DNA of 56,049 bases. Origin: a virus. Positions within the stretch are counted from its first letter, which is position 1, and the number at the start of each line of letters is the position of its first letter. The notes below the pieces were generated by a model. The model was not told the DNA's origin, made no database searches, and saw only the letters and a program-made list of their open reading frames with translations. Shown piece after piece: positions 16,981 to 25,313 of this stretch. The position numbers were made by a program, and so were the translations under genes. The DNA lies in the IMG/VR virus record IMGVR_UViG_3300031520_000003, positions 1 through 56,049 of that record. The stretch is one strand, 5' to 3'.

Positions 16981-17722
16981 CATGGAACGGTTCCAACACG
17001 AATTGTACGCAACGTTCCCAGCATTTCAGCGCAAGGTGGAGCAAGCGCAAAGACTGGTTGAGGATGCTTTGCAGCAGATGAGCCGTCCGTATATCGCCAC
17101 CAGTAGCGGCAAGGACTCGTGTGTGACCTCTCACCTGGTCTGGTCTGTCAATCCTGATGTGCCTGGCGTCTACTTTGATGCCGATTGCGCGTTCCCTGAG
17201 ACGCGAGACTACTTCGAGAGGCTTTCACGCCATCGTACGATCATCACGTGGAAGACGGAGCCACTGCTGGATACCTTTGCACGGTGCGGCGGTCCTACGG
17301 CTCCTGGTATCGGCAACGCGACGATGGAGAGCACCGTGTACGCTCCTCTTCGCTCACTCTTCGCTGAGTATCATTTTGACGGCGTGTTCTTGGGACTGCG
17401 AGCACAGGAGAGCGAGGGACGGTCCAAGAGTGCGCAATTCCACGGCTCGCTGTACCGATACAAGCGAGATGGTGTGTTGCGCTGCTTGCCTGTTGCCACG
17501 TGGACGCATCAAGATATTTGGGCGTATATCGTCAGTCGCAACCTGGACTATAACCGTGTCTATGACACGATGCAGGACATGCCGATTGCAGATAGACGCG
17601 TGTCCTATTGGGCAGGTGAGACAAAGAGACGTTGGGGAAGATGGACGTTTTTGAAGAAGCACTATCCTGATCTCTGGAACCGATTTGCTGAGAGATTCCC
17701 TGAAGTGCGAGAATATGTATGA
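16973..17722 (+). CDS. cysH: PAPS reductase / CysH-like PP-loop enzyme
   Basis: PP-loop motif SSGKDS. ...FLGLRAQESEGR... is typical of the PAPS_reduct family. ATG 16973 lies 9 nt after GGAGG and overlaps the csf3 stop. Confidence 0.8.
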   Translation: MRDMERFQHELYATFPAFQRKVEQAQRLVEDALQQMSRPYIATSSGKDSCVTSHLVWSVNPDVPGVYFDADCAFPETRDYFERLSRHRTIITWKTEPLLDTFARCGGPTAPGIGNATMESTVYAPLRSLFAEYHFDGVFLGLRAQESEGRSKSAQFHGSLYRYKRDGVLRCLPVATWTHQDIWAYIVSRNLDYNRVYDTMQDMPIADRRVSYWAGETKRRWGRWTFLKKHYPDLWNRFAERFPEVREYV

Positions 17723-17759
17723 ACAAACATATCTGCAGAGCAGAAAGCGAAGGTGAAGG

Positions 17760-17888
17760 ATGAGTCCATTGTTTCAACAACTATCCGATCAGCTGTACAT
17801 CGATTTTTGGGCGTTGCAAGTGCTCGGCGCAGAGCTGCTGATCTTGGTGTTCTTAGCGATCTGTGTGTTGCTGAAAAAATTACTGTAA
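17760..17888 (+). CDS. small membrane protein (42 aa)
   Basis: GAAGGTGAAGG then ATG; C-terminal TM segment AELLILVFLAICVLL; below the ORF-track size cut-off. Confidence 0.4.
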   Translation: MSPLFQQLSDQLYIDFWALQVLGAELLILVFLAICVLLKKLL

Positions 17889-17902
17889 AGAGAAAGTGAG
17901 GG

Positions 17903-18163
17903 ATGAGTATGCACAAGGGAGAGCCAAAAAACGACCATCCATCCACTTGGGAGCAGCAGTGGCAGACGCCACCGTTACAACCTGCCAGAGAAATACCTAG
18001 GCCGAGCAGGGGTGTTGATTGGTATGGCAGTTGGGAGTGGGCTATGTTTCTTGCTCGATCTAGCTTCGAACATGGGGAATGCTCTGAGCGGTGGAATCCT
18101 GAATGGTGGTATTACAGCGCAGTAGCTAGAGCCGCACGTGCCACACGTGAGCAACGAGCATGA
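17903..18163 (+). CDS. hypothetical Trp-rich protein
   Basis: 86-aa ORF with GTGAGGG upstream. Confidence 0.55.
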   Translation: MSMHKGEPKNDHPSTWEQQWQTPPLQPAREIPRPSRGVDWYGSWEWAMFLARSSFEHGECSERWNPEWWYYSAVARAARATREQRA

Positions 18164-18336
18164 ACAAGCGTCTCCGTAAAAAACAGCAGAAGCGCGCGAG
18201 AGCCGCTATTGCCAAGAGCCTGGACACCTTTGAGCGAGACTATGCCGCCCAGGTGCATGATCGTCAAGATCAGCCAGAGGTGGCACATATCCTCCAGGTG
18301 CAGGCAATGGCAAAGAGTGAGAGAGAGCGAGGATGA
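18160..18336 (+). CDS. hypothetical basic protein (58 aa)
   Basis: ATGA overlap with the upstream stop; translated by hand (MNKRLRKKQQKRARAAIAKS...). Confidence 0.4.
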   Translation: MNKRLRKKQQKRARAAIAKSLDTFERDYAAQVHDRQDQPEVAHILQVQAMAKSERERG

Positions 18337-18392
18337 AGTGAGCGATTATGCCGAAGCTCGTTGCGGACTGCAAAGGCATATGATCCCTCGCT

Positions 18393-18668
18393 ATGGAAGA
18401 ATGGAACAAGGCTATGACTGATGCAAGAAACGTGTATCCACGCCTCTGTTGGGCATGTTTAGGTGAGATCACATGCTACGAGGATGATAACGATCTTTTG
18501 AATTATGGCGGACACCATACCACATGTACTGGGAGGATGCCTAGATTACATGACATGCTACGGTTTCAAGGTCAAACCGGACGTATGAATAGCGTGAGAG
18601 AGCGTGATACTCTTCTGCACGAGCTCGCTCTGTGGCAGAGTCAGAGAGAGCAAGAGGTGAGTGAATGA
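18393..18668 (+). CDS. hypothetical protein
   Basis: 91-aa ORF whose stop overlaps the next start. Confidence 0.5.
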   Translation: MEEWNKAMTDARNVYPRLCWACLGEITCYEDDNDLLNYGGHHTTCTGRMPRLHDMLRFQGQTGRMNSVRERDTLLHELALWQSQREQEVSE

Positions 18669-18868
18669 TGAATGACCTCCGCACAATTGGAGTGGTTCTA
18701 GCGTCCTGGTATCGCTTCTACGCCACGTACATACCGCTCCTCGTGAAAGAGGCGTGCGTATTCTACTATAGGCTCGCAACGAATAAGATAGGGCTCCCTA
18801 CGTGGTTATGGTTGCTCGTTATGGCTGGTATGGTAGTAGCGTGTGTCGCATACTTGCTCAATGGATAA
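18665..18868 (+). CDS. small membrane protein
   Basis: Two hydrophobic segments (IGVVLASWYRFYATYIPLL and LWLLVMAGMVVACVAYLL). Confidence 0.55.
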   Translation: MMNDLRTIGVVLASWYRFYATYIPLLVKEACVFYYRLATNKIGLPTWLWLLVMAGMVVACVAYLLNG

Positions 18869-18883
18869 AATTGAGGTGGACGA

Positions 18884-19270
18884 ATGAGCAGAGACAAGCA
18901 AGGGTCACTCACGTATTGTGAGTTAGGAAAGCATGAGGCACCGTCGAAATTACGCAATTATTTTGAGTGGTCGGTCTCTATGTGTGATACCTGTCAAACT
19001 GAGTATCTGCAGCGCGACAAGCCAACAATCCAAACGATACAGGTGAACAATCTGGATGATGTGCGAACGGTCCTCCTACGTATGGTAGGGTTTCTTACTG
19101 CTCAACAAATGCATGGAGACCACAATCCCTACATCGTGACACTCCTCAAAGAGCTAGAGGCAAGTGATGATCGGATTGCAGAAGCGATGACACTGTGCAG
19201 GCAACTTGAGCAGGTCACGCAAGAGCGCGATGAGTTGCGTGATCGCATTGTGTATGGAGAGACGGCATGA
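18884..19270 (+). CDS. hypothetical protein
   Basis: 128-aa ORF with GAGGTGGA upstream. Confidence 0.6.
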   Translation: MSRDKQGSLTYCELGKHEAPSKLRNYFEWSVSMCDTCQTEYLQRDKPTIQTIQVNNLDDVRTVLLRMVGFLTAQQMHGDHNPYIVTLLKELEASDDRIAEAMTLCRQLEQVTQERDELRDRIVYGETA

Positions 19271-19279
19271 AGAGAGAAG

Positions 19280-19426
19280 ATGTACGCTCTTCCTTCGCCA
19301 GTGATGGCGCGAGAAGAGGACGCAGCGCACGATCCTGACACTGAACAATGGAACGATGCGTGGCGAGCAGAACGTGCTGCGCTCCAACACCGTGCAAAGG
19401 CGTTAGGAATTGAGGTGAACACGTGA
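19280..19426 (+). CDS. hypothetical protein (48 aa)
   Basis: Translated by hand (MYALPSPVMAREEDAAHDPDTEQW...). Its stop overlaps GTG 19423 of the next gene. Confidence 0.35.
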   Translation: MYALPSPVMAREEDAAHDPDTEQWNDAWRAERAALQHRAKALGIEVNT

Positions 19427-19737
19427 GCGACGATCTTGGAACGTCTCTTCTCCAATCCGTCATCGCTCTGCATGAGCAGATCAGACAGGCGGTAGAGCAA
19501 CGCTCCAATGGCACGTATCATGTGACGCGAATAGAGGCAACCACCGAGAGCGAATACATGCACCCTATGCATGCTCTAGGTGAACATCCTGACTTCATCC
19601 TTACATCAGCGTTTGCCATGTTCACGGTTGAGGCGCAAGATGCCGTAGGATTGACTCTGGTGAGGTGCAAAGTGGACGTGATGAGTGATGGCAGGCTTCG
19701 TATTGGAGAGTTCCTGGCAAGAAGGACAGCACTATGA
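19423..19737 (+). CDS. hypothetical protein
   Basis: GTGA and ATGA overlaps with its neighbours. Confidence 0.55.
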   Translation: MSDDLGTSLLQSVIALHEQIRQAVEQRSNGTYHVTRIEATTESEYMHPMHALGEHPDFILTSAFAMFTVEAQDAVGLTLVRCKVDVMSDGRLRIGEFLARRTAL

Positions 19738-20204
19738 CCACACTTGACCTGCGCAGTCTCTCACCAGAGGAACGCGCGACACGACTCGACGAGGCTGTGC
19801 ATGAGCATGTGATGCATCTCAAGGAGGAACCGTGTACTGATGGGCAACTTGATGAATATATGGCAGAATATTGGAGTTGTACGTGTGGTTGGATAAGCGA
19901 CTTTTACGTTGGAACCGACCATGACACAACGCATACGAAGCCCATACCCGCCTATAGTACCAGCATGGATGCGGCCTGGCTCGTGCGAGACACAATGAAA
20001 GTCCTCTCTCCACTGCTGAATCTGCATCTGCTTGCCTACACGTACAATCGCGTCTATGCTCAATTCTCTTTGAAGATTGATGAGGATGAGTGGAGCGAGG
20101 CCAATGGAGAGTATTGTGGCTCAGAGGCGATCTGTTTCGCTGCCTTCAAAATTCGGTTATTCGGCTTCTACTGTGTAATCACCGCTCCCTTTTACCTTAT
20201 GTAA
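19734..20204 (+). CDS. phage ABA-sandwich-like protein, 3' end replaced by the ISL3 insertion
   Basis: PAYSTSMDAAWLVRDTM ... EAICFAAFK resembles the ABA-sandwich family. From codon 140 onward the ORF reads IS inverted-repeat sequence. Confidence 0.55.
   Translation: MTTLDLRSLSPEERATRLDEAVHEHVMHLKEEPCTDGQLDEYMAEYWSCTCGWISDFYVGTDHDTTHTKPIPAYSTSMDAAWLVRDTMKVLSPLLNLHLLAYTYNRVYAQFSLKIDEDEWSEANGEYCGSEAICFAAFKIRLFGFYCVITAPFYLM
20152..20176 (+). repeat. ISL3 left terminal inverted repeat
   Basis: TTCGGTTATTCGGCTTCTACTGTGT equals the reverse complement of 22484-22508 except at one base. Confidence 0.8.
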
Positions 20205-20229
20205 TTCAAAGAAAATTCGGCTTCTACTG

Positions 20230-20258
20230 TTGACAAATGAAAAATAATTCGCTATACT
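20230..20258 (+). promoter_or_regulatory. sigma70-like promoter inside the IS (TTGACA-N17-TATACT), enclosed by a 13-bp inverted repeat
   Basis: TTGACA 20230-20235 and TATACT 20253-20258, with arms CGGCTTCTACTGT (20218-20230) and ACAGTAGAAGCCG (20261-20273). Confidence 0.55.
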
Positions 20259-20311
20259 ACACAGTAGAAGCCGTTGATATTGTACTCAAAAAAGAAAGCG
20301 AGAAAAAGAGA

Positions 20312-20710
20312 ATGGATCAAATTCCAGCAAATCGGACAGAAGAACTTTTAATCGAGGCACTTGTCGAAAACGCCTGTTACCACAAGCAATTCCCCACTCA
20401 TACACAAGGATATGTAGCCGAAATTACGAGCGCAAAACATCTTGCTGAGTCGAACGAGAGAAAGCAGTGGAACAACGGCAAGCTAGAGGCTATTTTGTCT
20501 ATCACCAAGCCTACTGATGACATTATGGATTTTGAGCTTATGGACGGGGGTGCATGGCCTATTTACCTCTCGGTTGCCATTATAGGGGATGATGTGACTA
20601 TCCAGTGGGAATTGCCCCCTAATCCCTGGACTACCGACCAAAGACGTAGCACCTCTAGTGATTGGCCTACCCATCCTGCCGAGTTCTTGTGGAAGCCCGA
20701 AACTGAATAA
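20312..20710 (+). CDS. IS passenger ORF, hypothetical protein
   Basis: The ORF is open from 20237, but that ATG lies in the promoter spacer. ATG 20312 is the first start downstream of the predicted transcription start. Confidence 0.5.
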   Translation: MDQIPANRTEELLIEALVENACYHKQFPTHTQGYVAEITSAKHLAESNERKQWNNGKLEAILSITKPTDDIMDFELMDGGAWPIYLSVAIIGDDVTIQWELPPNPWTTDQRRSTSSDWPTHPAEFLWKPETE

Positions 20711-21159
20711 CCAAAGAAAGGATTTGAATGCTGTGATATCCTCGCACCTTACTCCCCCCTGGTATACACTTGTAAGCCGCGAAATTGTGTTTGCGACATT
20801 CTACAGGAAGCATCTCTGGAGCGTCCATCTCGTAGAGACTCAGCATGATGCACGAAATGATACGACAACGTATTTTGTTCGTGACTATGATATGCATTGG
20901 CATCACAGCACGCCCTCCTACACTTCCGAGGGCGTTGGGTCTTGCGCCTATACGGACCTTAGCCAAGTTCGCCCCTTCCATCCATCAGCAGCATATGGAC
21001 TTGCTGCTTCCTATTAGGTCAAAGATAGCTTTTCTGTCACTCCCTATGAAGGAAGTACGCAGATGACCGTACTTCCTTCTTGGGTGCATGACCTCTTTTC
21101 TCCAAGAAAAAGGTGATGAGAAAGAGAATAGTTGAAGATACGCTTGTAATGCAGGTATA

Positions 21160-22503
21160 ATGAGTAATACACATCAAACGAGCCCCTTGACAGACAGAGA
21201 GCGGTTTCTCTTGAACATTCTCATTCTCAACCTTCCCGAATGGGAGGTCACACAGATTGATGAAGATGAGGACGATTACGTGATTACAGCACGTCCGTCC
21301 TCGTCTCTCTCTATCTGCCCCTTCTGCGGATATGATACTCTCTACAAGCATGGCGACCTTGAGCAACACATCCGCGATGTGCCAAGTCATGGCAAGCGCG
21401 TGCTGATTCAGGTGACCCGTCAACGCTATCGGTGCAAACACTGCACGAAAACGAGTTTTGAGACGTTGCCTGACATTGATGAGAAACGGTTCTGCACCAA
21501 GCGGCTCATTACGTTCTTGCAACGACGATCCATGAATGATGATCGCACGTTTCTCTCCCTGGCGGAAGAAACTGGCCTCCATGAAAAAACGGTTCGTCGT
21601 ATCTTTCACGATTATGTTCTTGAGTTAGAACGTTCAACGCATTTTGCAACACCCCGAATCATGGGCATGGATGAACTCCATGTTATCCACCAGCCACGAG
21701 CGATTATTACCAATATTGAGAGAAACACGGTAGTTGAGTTCCTGGCAGACCGCAAAAAACAAACGATCATCCGGTATCTTTCGAGTGTGCCAGATCGTGA
21801 ACACATAGCTCTCGTGTGCATCGACATGTGGCAGCCGTACCGTGAGGCCGTGAGAGAAGTCTTGCCGCACGCAATCATTGTGATTGATAAGTTCCATGCC
21901 GTAAAATTAGCGAATCAAGCGATGGAAGTTGTCCGAAAAGAGGTTCGCGCTAGCCTCACGGAAAAACAACGTCGAACGCTCATACATGATCGCTTCTTGT
22001 TGCTCAAGCGAGAAAGCGAGTTAAAGGAAAAAGAACGATTGACGCTGGAAGCATGGACGGGCAGCTTCCCAACGCTCAAAAAAGCGTATGACCTCAAGGA
22101 AGCGTTCTATGAGATATGGGATGCTCCTGATAAAGATGAGGCACATCAACGCTACTTTGCATGGCAGGAGCAAATTACACCAGAGGTTACTAGTGCCTTT
22201 ACACCTATTGCTTTAACCGTCGAAGAATGGGGCGATGAAATCTTTGCCTACTTCGATCATCGCATTACTAACGCCTACACGGAATCACTCAATGGTTTAG
22301 CAAGGGTCGCGAATCGATTGGGTAGGGGGTACTCTTTTCAGGTATTACGGGCAAGATTACTCTACGGAATAGGCCAGCATCGGCGACGAAAAGCAAAAGT
22401 GTCGAATGTGGAATCGGACTCTGAGGGAGTGGCCCTGTCCACACTCGAACAATCTGTTCTGGATTCGGGTTTAGAGACCAAAAACACGGTAGAAGCCGAA
22501 TAA
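21160..22503 (+). CDS. ISL3-family transposase
   Basis: N-terminal zinc-finger pattern CPFCG...YRCKHC, then the DDE_Tnp_ISL3-type core (IDMWQPY, VIDKFH, TNAYTESLNG). Confidence 0.9.
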   Translation: MSNTHQTSPLTDRERFLLNILILNLPEWEVTQIDEDEDDYVITARPSSSLSICPFCGYDTLYKHGDLEQHIRDVPSHGKRVLIQVTRQRYRCKHCTKTSFETLPDIDEKRFCTKRLITFLQRRSMNDDRTFLSLAEETGLHEKTVRRIFHDYVLELERSTHFATPRIMGMDELHVIHQPRAIITNIERNTVVEFLADRKKQTIIRYLSSVPDREHIALVCIDMWQPYREAVREVLPHAIIVIDKFHAVKLANQAMEVVRKEVRASLTEKQRRTLIHDRFLLLKRESELKEKERLTLEAWTGSFPTLKKAYDLKEAFYEIWDAPDKDEAHQRYFAWQEQITPEVTSAFTPIALTVEEWGDEIFAYFDHRITNAYTESLNGLARVANRLGRGYSFQVLRARLLYGIGQHRRRKAKVSNVESDSEGVALSTLEQSVLDSGLETKNTVEAE

Positions 22504-22508
22504 CCGAA
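22484..22508 (-). repeat. ISL3 right terminal inverted repeat
   Basis: ACACGGTAGAAGCCGAATAACCGAA; overlaps the transposase stop codon. Confidence 0.8.
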
Positions 22509-22527
22509 AAAAGAAATGGAGCGAATC

Positions 22528-22695
22528 ATGAAGTGGAATAGCAGCACAGGCGATTATGAGGCAACAACGGTAGAGGATTGTACCGATTTGTGGGTATGGT
22601 TGCTGAATGGAGACGTACTCGAAGACATCTCTCCAGACATCGTGACACTGAACGATTGCCAGTTAGCCGATGTGCTGACGGCAGCGCAGGGATAG
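22528..22695 (+). CDS. hypothetical acidic protein (55 aa)
   Basis: GGAG 6 nt upstream of the ATG; translated by hand; followed directly by a terminator. Confidence 0.45.
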   Translation: MKWNSSTGDYEATTVEDCTDLWVWLLNGDVLEDISPDIVTLNDCQLADVLTAAQG

Positions 22696-22701
22696 TGCGA
22701 A

Positions 22702-22728
22702 GAGGCGGAACACACCGCCTCTTTTTTT
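22702..22728 (+). terminator. Rho-independent terminator
   Basis: GAGGCGG-aacaca-CCGCCTC followed by T7. Confidence 0.8.
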
Positions 22729-22779
22729 GTCCTTTGTATCCAATTTCTTTGATGTTTTTGAAATTAGCATCAATATCTA

Positions 22780-22808
22780 TTGACAACCTTTGCTTATTCT
22801 GTTAATAT
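22780..22808 (+). promoter_or_regulatory. sigma70-like promoter (TTGACA-N17-TAATAT)
   Basis: TTGACA 22780-22785 and TAATAT 22803-22808. Confidence 0.6.
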
Positions 22809-22860
22809 TAACAATGTAATCAATGTGATTGCGAAACACGAGAAAATGAGGAGAACAAGT

Positions 22861-23265
22861 ATGAAGTTTGTCGTTGAGACTGGCTCTGGAAGCCATAGCA
22901 CAAGTTCAGCATTAGTGCAAGCCAAATTCGTCAGAGGTCAATTCGACGGACAATTTCTGTATCAGCAGAAACAGTTCCAAGTCAAGACCGAATGGGACAC
23001 CAGCAAGACCAACGAAAAGTGGGTCACAACCGAATATAATCTACCAGAAGGGACACAAATCGCCGTGATCGGGAAAGGTCGAACAGGAGCGTGTGGTGTA
23101 GATAAGCATGAGTTCCACCGTGTGTATCGCCTTGAGAGCGGCGCTGACGTGCTTGATGAGACAGTTGATTGTGGGTTACGTGACTGTATGCTGAAAGGTC
23201 GCATGGTTCTTGTGCGCGATCTGGTTGCGGAGCGCACTGGGGTCACTACTGATGAAGGGTTTTAG
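22861..23265 (+). CDS. hypothetical protein
   Basis: ATG 22861 follows GAGGAGAA. The ORF is open from 22780. Confidence 0.6.
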   Translation: MKFVVETGSGSHSTSSALVQAKFVRGQFDGQFLYQQKQFQVKTEWDTSKTNEKWVTTEYNLPEGTQIAVIGKGRTGACGVDKHEFHRVYRLESGADVLDETVDCGLRDCMLKGRMVLVRDLVAERTGVTTDEGF

Positions 23266-23266
23266 C

Positions 23267-23485
23267 ATGATGGGAAAGAGTCTTGATTTCAGCTTCTTCT
23301 GGGAGGATCATCCTCCCACATCACCTGACGACATGACCATTGACGAACTGTTTGATTGCCCCAATTGCGAGGAATATTCTCTCAAGAACGGGGAATGTCC
23401 GATATGTGGCTATGAGCTTGTCTTAATGGCAGGTCGTGTTGAATATCGTCGCCAGTGGCTCAAAGACCACCCAGGTGAGCAGTAA
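23267..23485 (+). CDS. small Zn-ribbon protein
   Basis: CPNC...CPIC pairs. Confidence 0.55.
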   Translation: MMGKSLDFSFFWEDHPPTSPDDMTIDELFDCPNCEEYSLKNGECPICGYELVLMAGRVEYRRQWLKDHPGEQ

Positions 23486-23742
23486 TGGGCGCAAAGAAGG
23501 GCAACACCAATCGGCTTGGCAAGACCAAGCCGATTGAGGAACGGGTACCAGAGCCAGAGACACTGAGTCTCTCCTGGACCTCGCGGCGCAAGGAACGCCT
23601 GAGAAATGCGATTGCGTGGCATGAGGGATACATTCCTGAAGACGATGAGGTAGCGGCAAAGGCCCGTAGCATCTGTTATGAGGTGCTTGATCTCTTCTGT
23701 GAGAGTATCGAAAAGGATCAAGAGCGAGCGATCATCCCGTAA
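23485..23742 (+). CDS. hypothetical protein
   Basis: TAATG coupling to the upstream gene. Confidence 0.55.
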   Translation: MGAKKGNTNRLGKTKPIEERVPEPETLSLSWTSRRKERLRNAIAWHEGYIPEDDEVAAKARSICYEVLDLFCESIEKDQERAIIP

Positions 23743-23881
23743 CAGACCTGCCTCTGCTGCATCGGGCGCAGAGAGCAGGGAGACGTGGAGCAAATGCGAA
23801 CATGCATCTGCTCCTTTTTTGCGGCACAGAGCAATTTGCGCGAGAAATGCAGAAATTGGTGCTCCATTCGCTGGTTTCCCC

Positions 23882-23911
23882 TTGACAAATGTATACAAAA
23901 TTGTGTACAAT
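23882..23911 (+). promoter_or_regulatory. sigma70-like promoter (TTGACA-N18-TACAAT), copy A of a duplicated promoter-leader module
   Basis: TTGACA 23882-23887 and TACAAT 23906-23911. The spacer holds the palindromic boxes TGTATACA and TGTGTACA. Confidence 0.6.
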
Positions 23912-23986
23912 AAGCATGCCCAAGAATGAGGGACACCCAAAATAACACAGGGGGCAAGTCCTCAGAGGAGAAAAAGGAGAAACAAT

Positions 23987-24514
23987 ATGGGAGAGTTGAG
24001 TCACGCGTGGGATGAGATCGACGCCAATGCGGTCTCGCGTCCTCAGTCAAGATACGACAGGATTGTTGAGCAGAATAATGCTGCTCAACAGGAAAAAGCT
24101 CTCATACGAGAGCGAAACCAAAATCAAGCACAGTTTCAGACGATGCTGGCGACTGCGCACCGCCTGAATGCCATTGGGCAACAGGTATTGATTGGAGAGG
24201 AACTGCTTCCCTTCGAGGTTCCTCTGCCAGAGCATAGCAACGATTTCTCTCGGTTGCGCCCAACGCTCCAGGTGCGGATCGACTCAGCCACATGCACGTT
24301 GCCCACGACCAAGCGTGGGCACGGGTTCTTCAAGTGGACCAATTTCTATGAAATCTGGCTCAAATTGCCAGGTATACAGAAGAGTGTGGAAGTCTATCGG
24401 CTCGGAGATGAGCCAGAGGATGCGCCTTGGCGCTTGGAAAAGGACTTCCAGGCATACAAACGGACACACAAAGAGCATCTGATCGCTGAGTGGAAGGCAT
24501 CTCAACATGCCTAA
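23987..24514 (+). CDS. hypothetical protein
   Basis: 175-aa ORF with AAAAGGAGAAAC upstream. Confidence 0.65.
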   Translation: MGELSHAWDEIDANAVSRPQSRYDRIVEQNNAAQQEKALIRERNQNQAQFQTMLATAHRLNAIGQQVLIGEELLPFEVPLPEHSNDFSRLRPTLQVRIDSATCTLPTTKRGHGFFKWTNFYEIWLKLPGIQKSVEVYRLGDEPEDAPWRLEKDFQAYKRTHKEHLIAEWKASQHA

Positions 24515-25220
24515 GCGGTCCTATCCTCGCAAATCAGAGAGTGAGCAGCGTATTCCTTATACATCCTCGCTCTCTGACAAGCGTCTCAAGCGGTTTCGTC
24601 AGGCTCTTACTCTCGAACTAGGGCAAGAGCCAACACAGGATCAATGCAAGAAAAAGGCGGTGATGTTAGCAGATCAGGCCATTGATGCTTTCATCGCGCA
24701 ATGGCGAGAACAGCAGAAAGCAATGGAGAGCTATCAAGAGCAGAGAGAGCGTATTCTCGAATTGTCTCGTCAAATCGCTGCAATCAAGGCGGCGACGTAT
24801 GGCAAGACAACCACAAAGTATGATGAGCCTGTACGGGTCAAGCTGCTTCGTGAGACCACAGAATTCAATGAAGTCCTTCGAGAGCGTGCTGAAGGTGTTC
24901 TCAATGACTATACAGGTCAACCGACAGACGCGAAAGATGTTCGTCTTGAATTGGCGGACATTGTCTACTACAACACGCAAGATCACGCCCAAGAGCCAGA
25001 TGCACGCTCCTGGCTGGCTGTTATGGAGCACTATAGCAAACTTGCGGGAGTGACCATTATACAAGCTCTCGATGATTGTATCGCCAAGTTCTCTTGTCGT
25101 GTGGCACATCCCACGCTCAAGCAGCAGGACAAGAAAGCGGCCTATCTGCTAGAGCATGAGGCAGTAGCAGAGCAAAATGAGGTTTTGGCACACTCGAAAA
25201 CTGATGCCAAAACCTCTTGA
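24507..25220 (+). CDS. MazG-like nucleotide pyrophosphohydrolase domain protein (C-terminal half)
   Basis: LLRETTEFNEVL ... DVRLELADIVYY matches the E..E...ELADv MazG helix pattern. Confidence 0.5.
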   Translation: MPKRSYPRKSESEQRIPYTSSLSDKRLKRFRQALTLELGQEPTQDQCKKKAVMLADQAIDAFIAQWREQQKAMESYQEQRERILELSRQIAAIKAATYGKTTTKYDEPVRVKLLRETTEFNEVLRERAEGVLNDYTGQPTDAKDVRLELADIVYYNTQDHAQEPDARSWLAVMEHYSKLAGVTIIQALDDCIAKFSCRVAHPTLKQQDKKAAYLLEHEAVAEQNEVLAHSKTDAKTS

Positions 25221-25245
25221 CAATGTATACAAAGTTGTGTACAAT
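25217..25245 (+). promoter_or_regulatory. sigma70-like promoter (TTGACA-N17-TACAAT), copy B of the duplicated module
   Basis: TTGACA 25217-25222 and TACAAT 25240-25245. Confidence 0.6.
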
Positions 25246-25313
25246 AAGCATATCCCCAAGATGAGGGACACGAAAAACAGCACAGTGGGGCACGTCCCCA
25301 AAGGAGAGAAGAA

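Larger units (their letters stand above)
20152..22508 (+). mobile_element. ISL3-family insertion sequence with passenger region (2357 bp)
   Basis: Bounded by 25-bp terminal inverted repeats (24/25 identical); contains the ISL3 transposase; the interior is visibly more AT-rich at 20.2-21.1 kb. Confidence 0.75.

Noticed and set aside
16159-16983. 274-aa minus-strand ORF opposite the csf3-like gene
   Set aside because: It is antisense to a gene embedded in a tightly coupled plus-strand operon, with no start context and noise-like composition.
21132-21161. TTGAAG-N18-TATAAT promoter-like string upstream of the ISL3 transposase
   Set aside because: The -10 hexamer overlaps the transposase ATG (21160), so it cannot drive that start. 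It may be coincidental or serve only after rearrangement.
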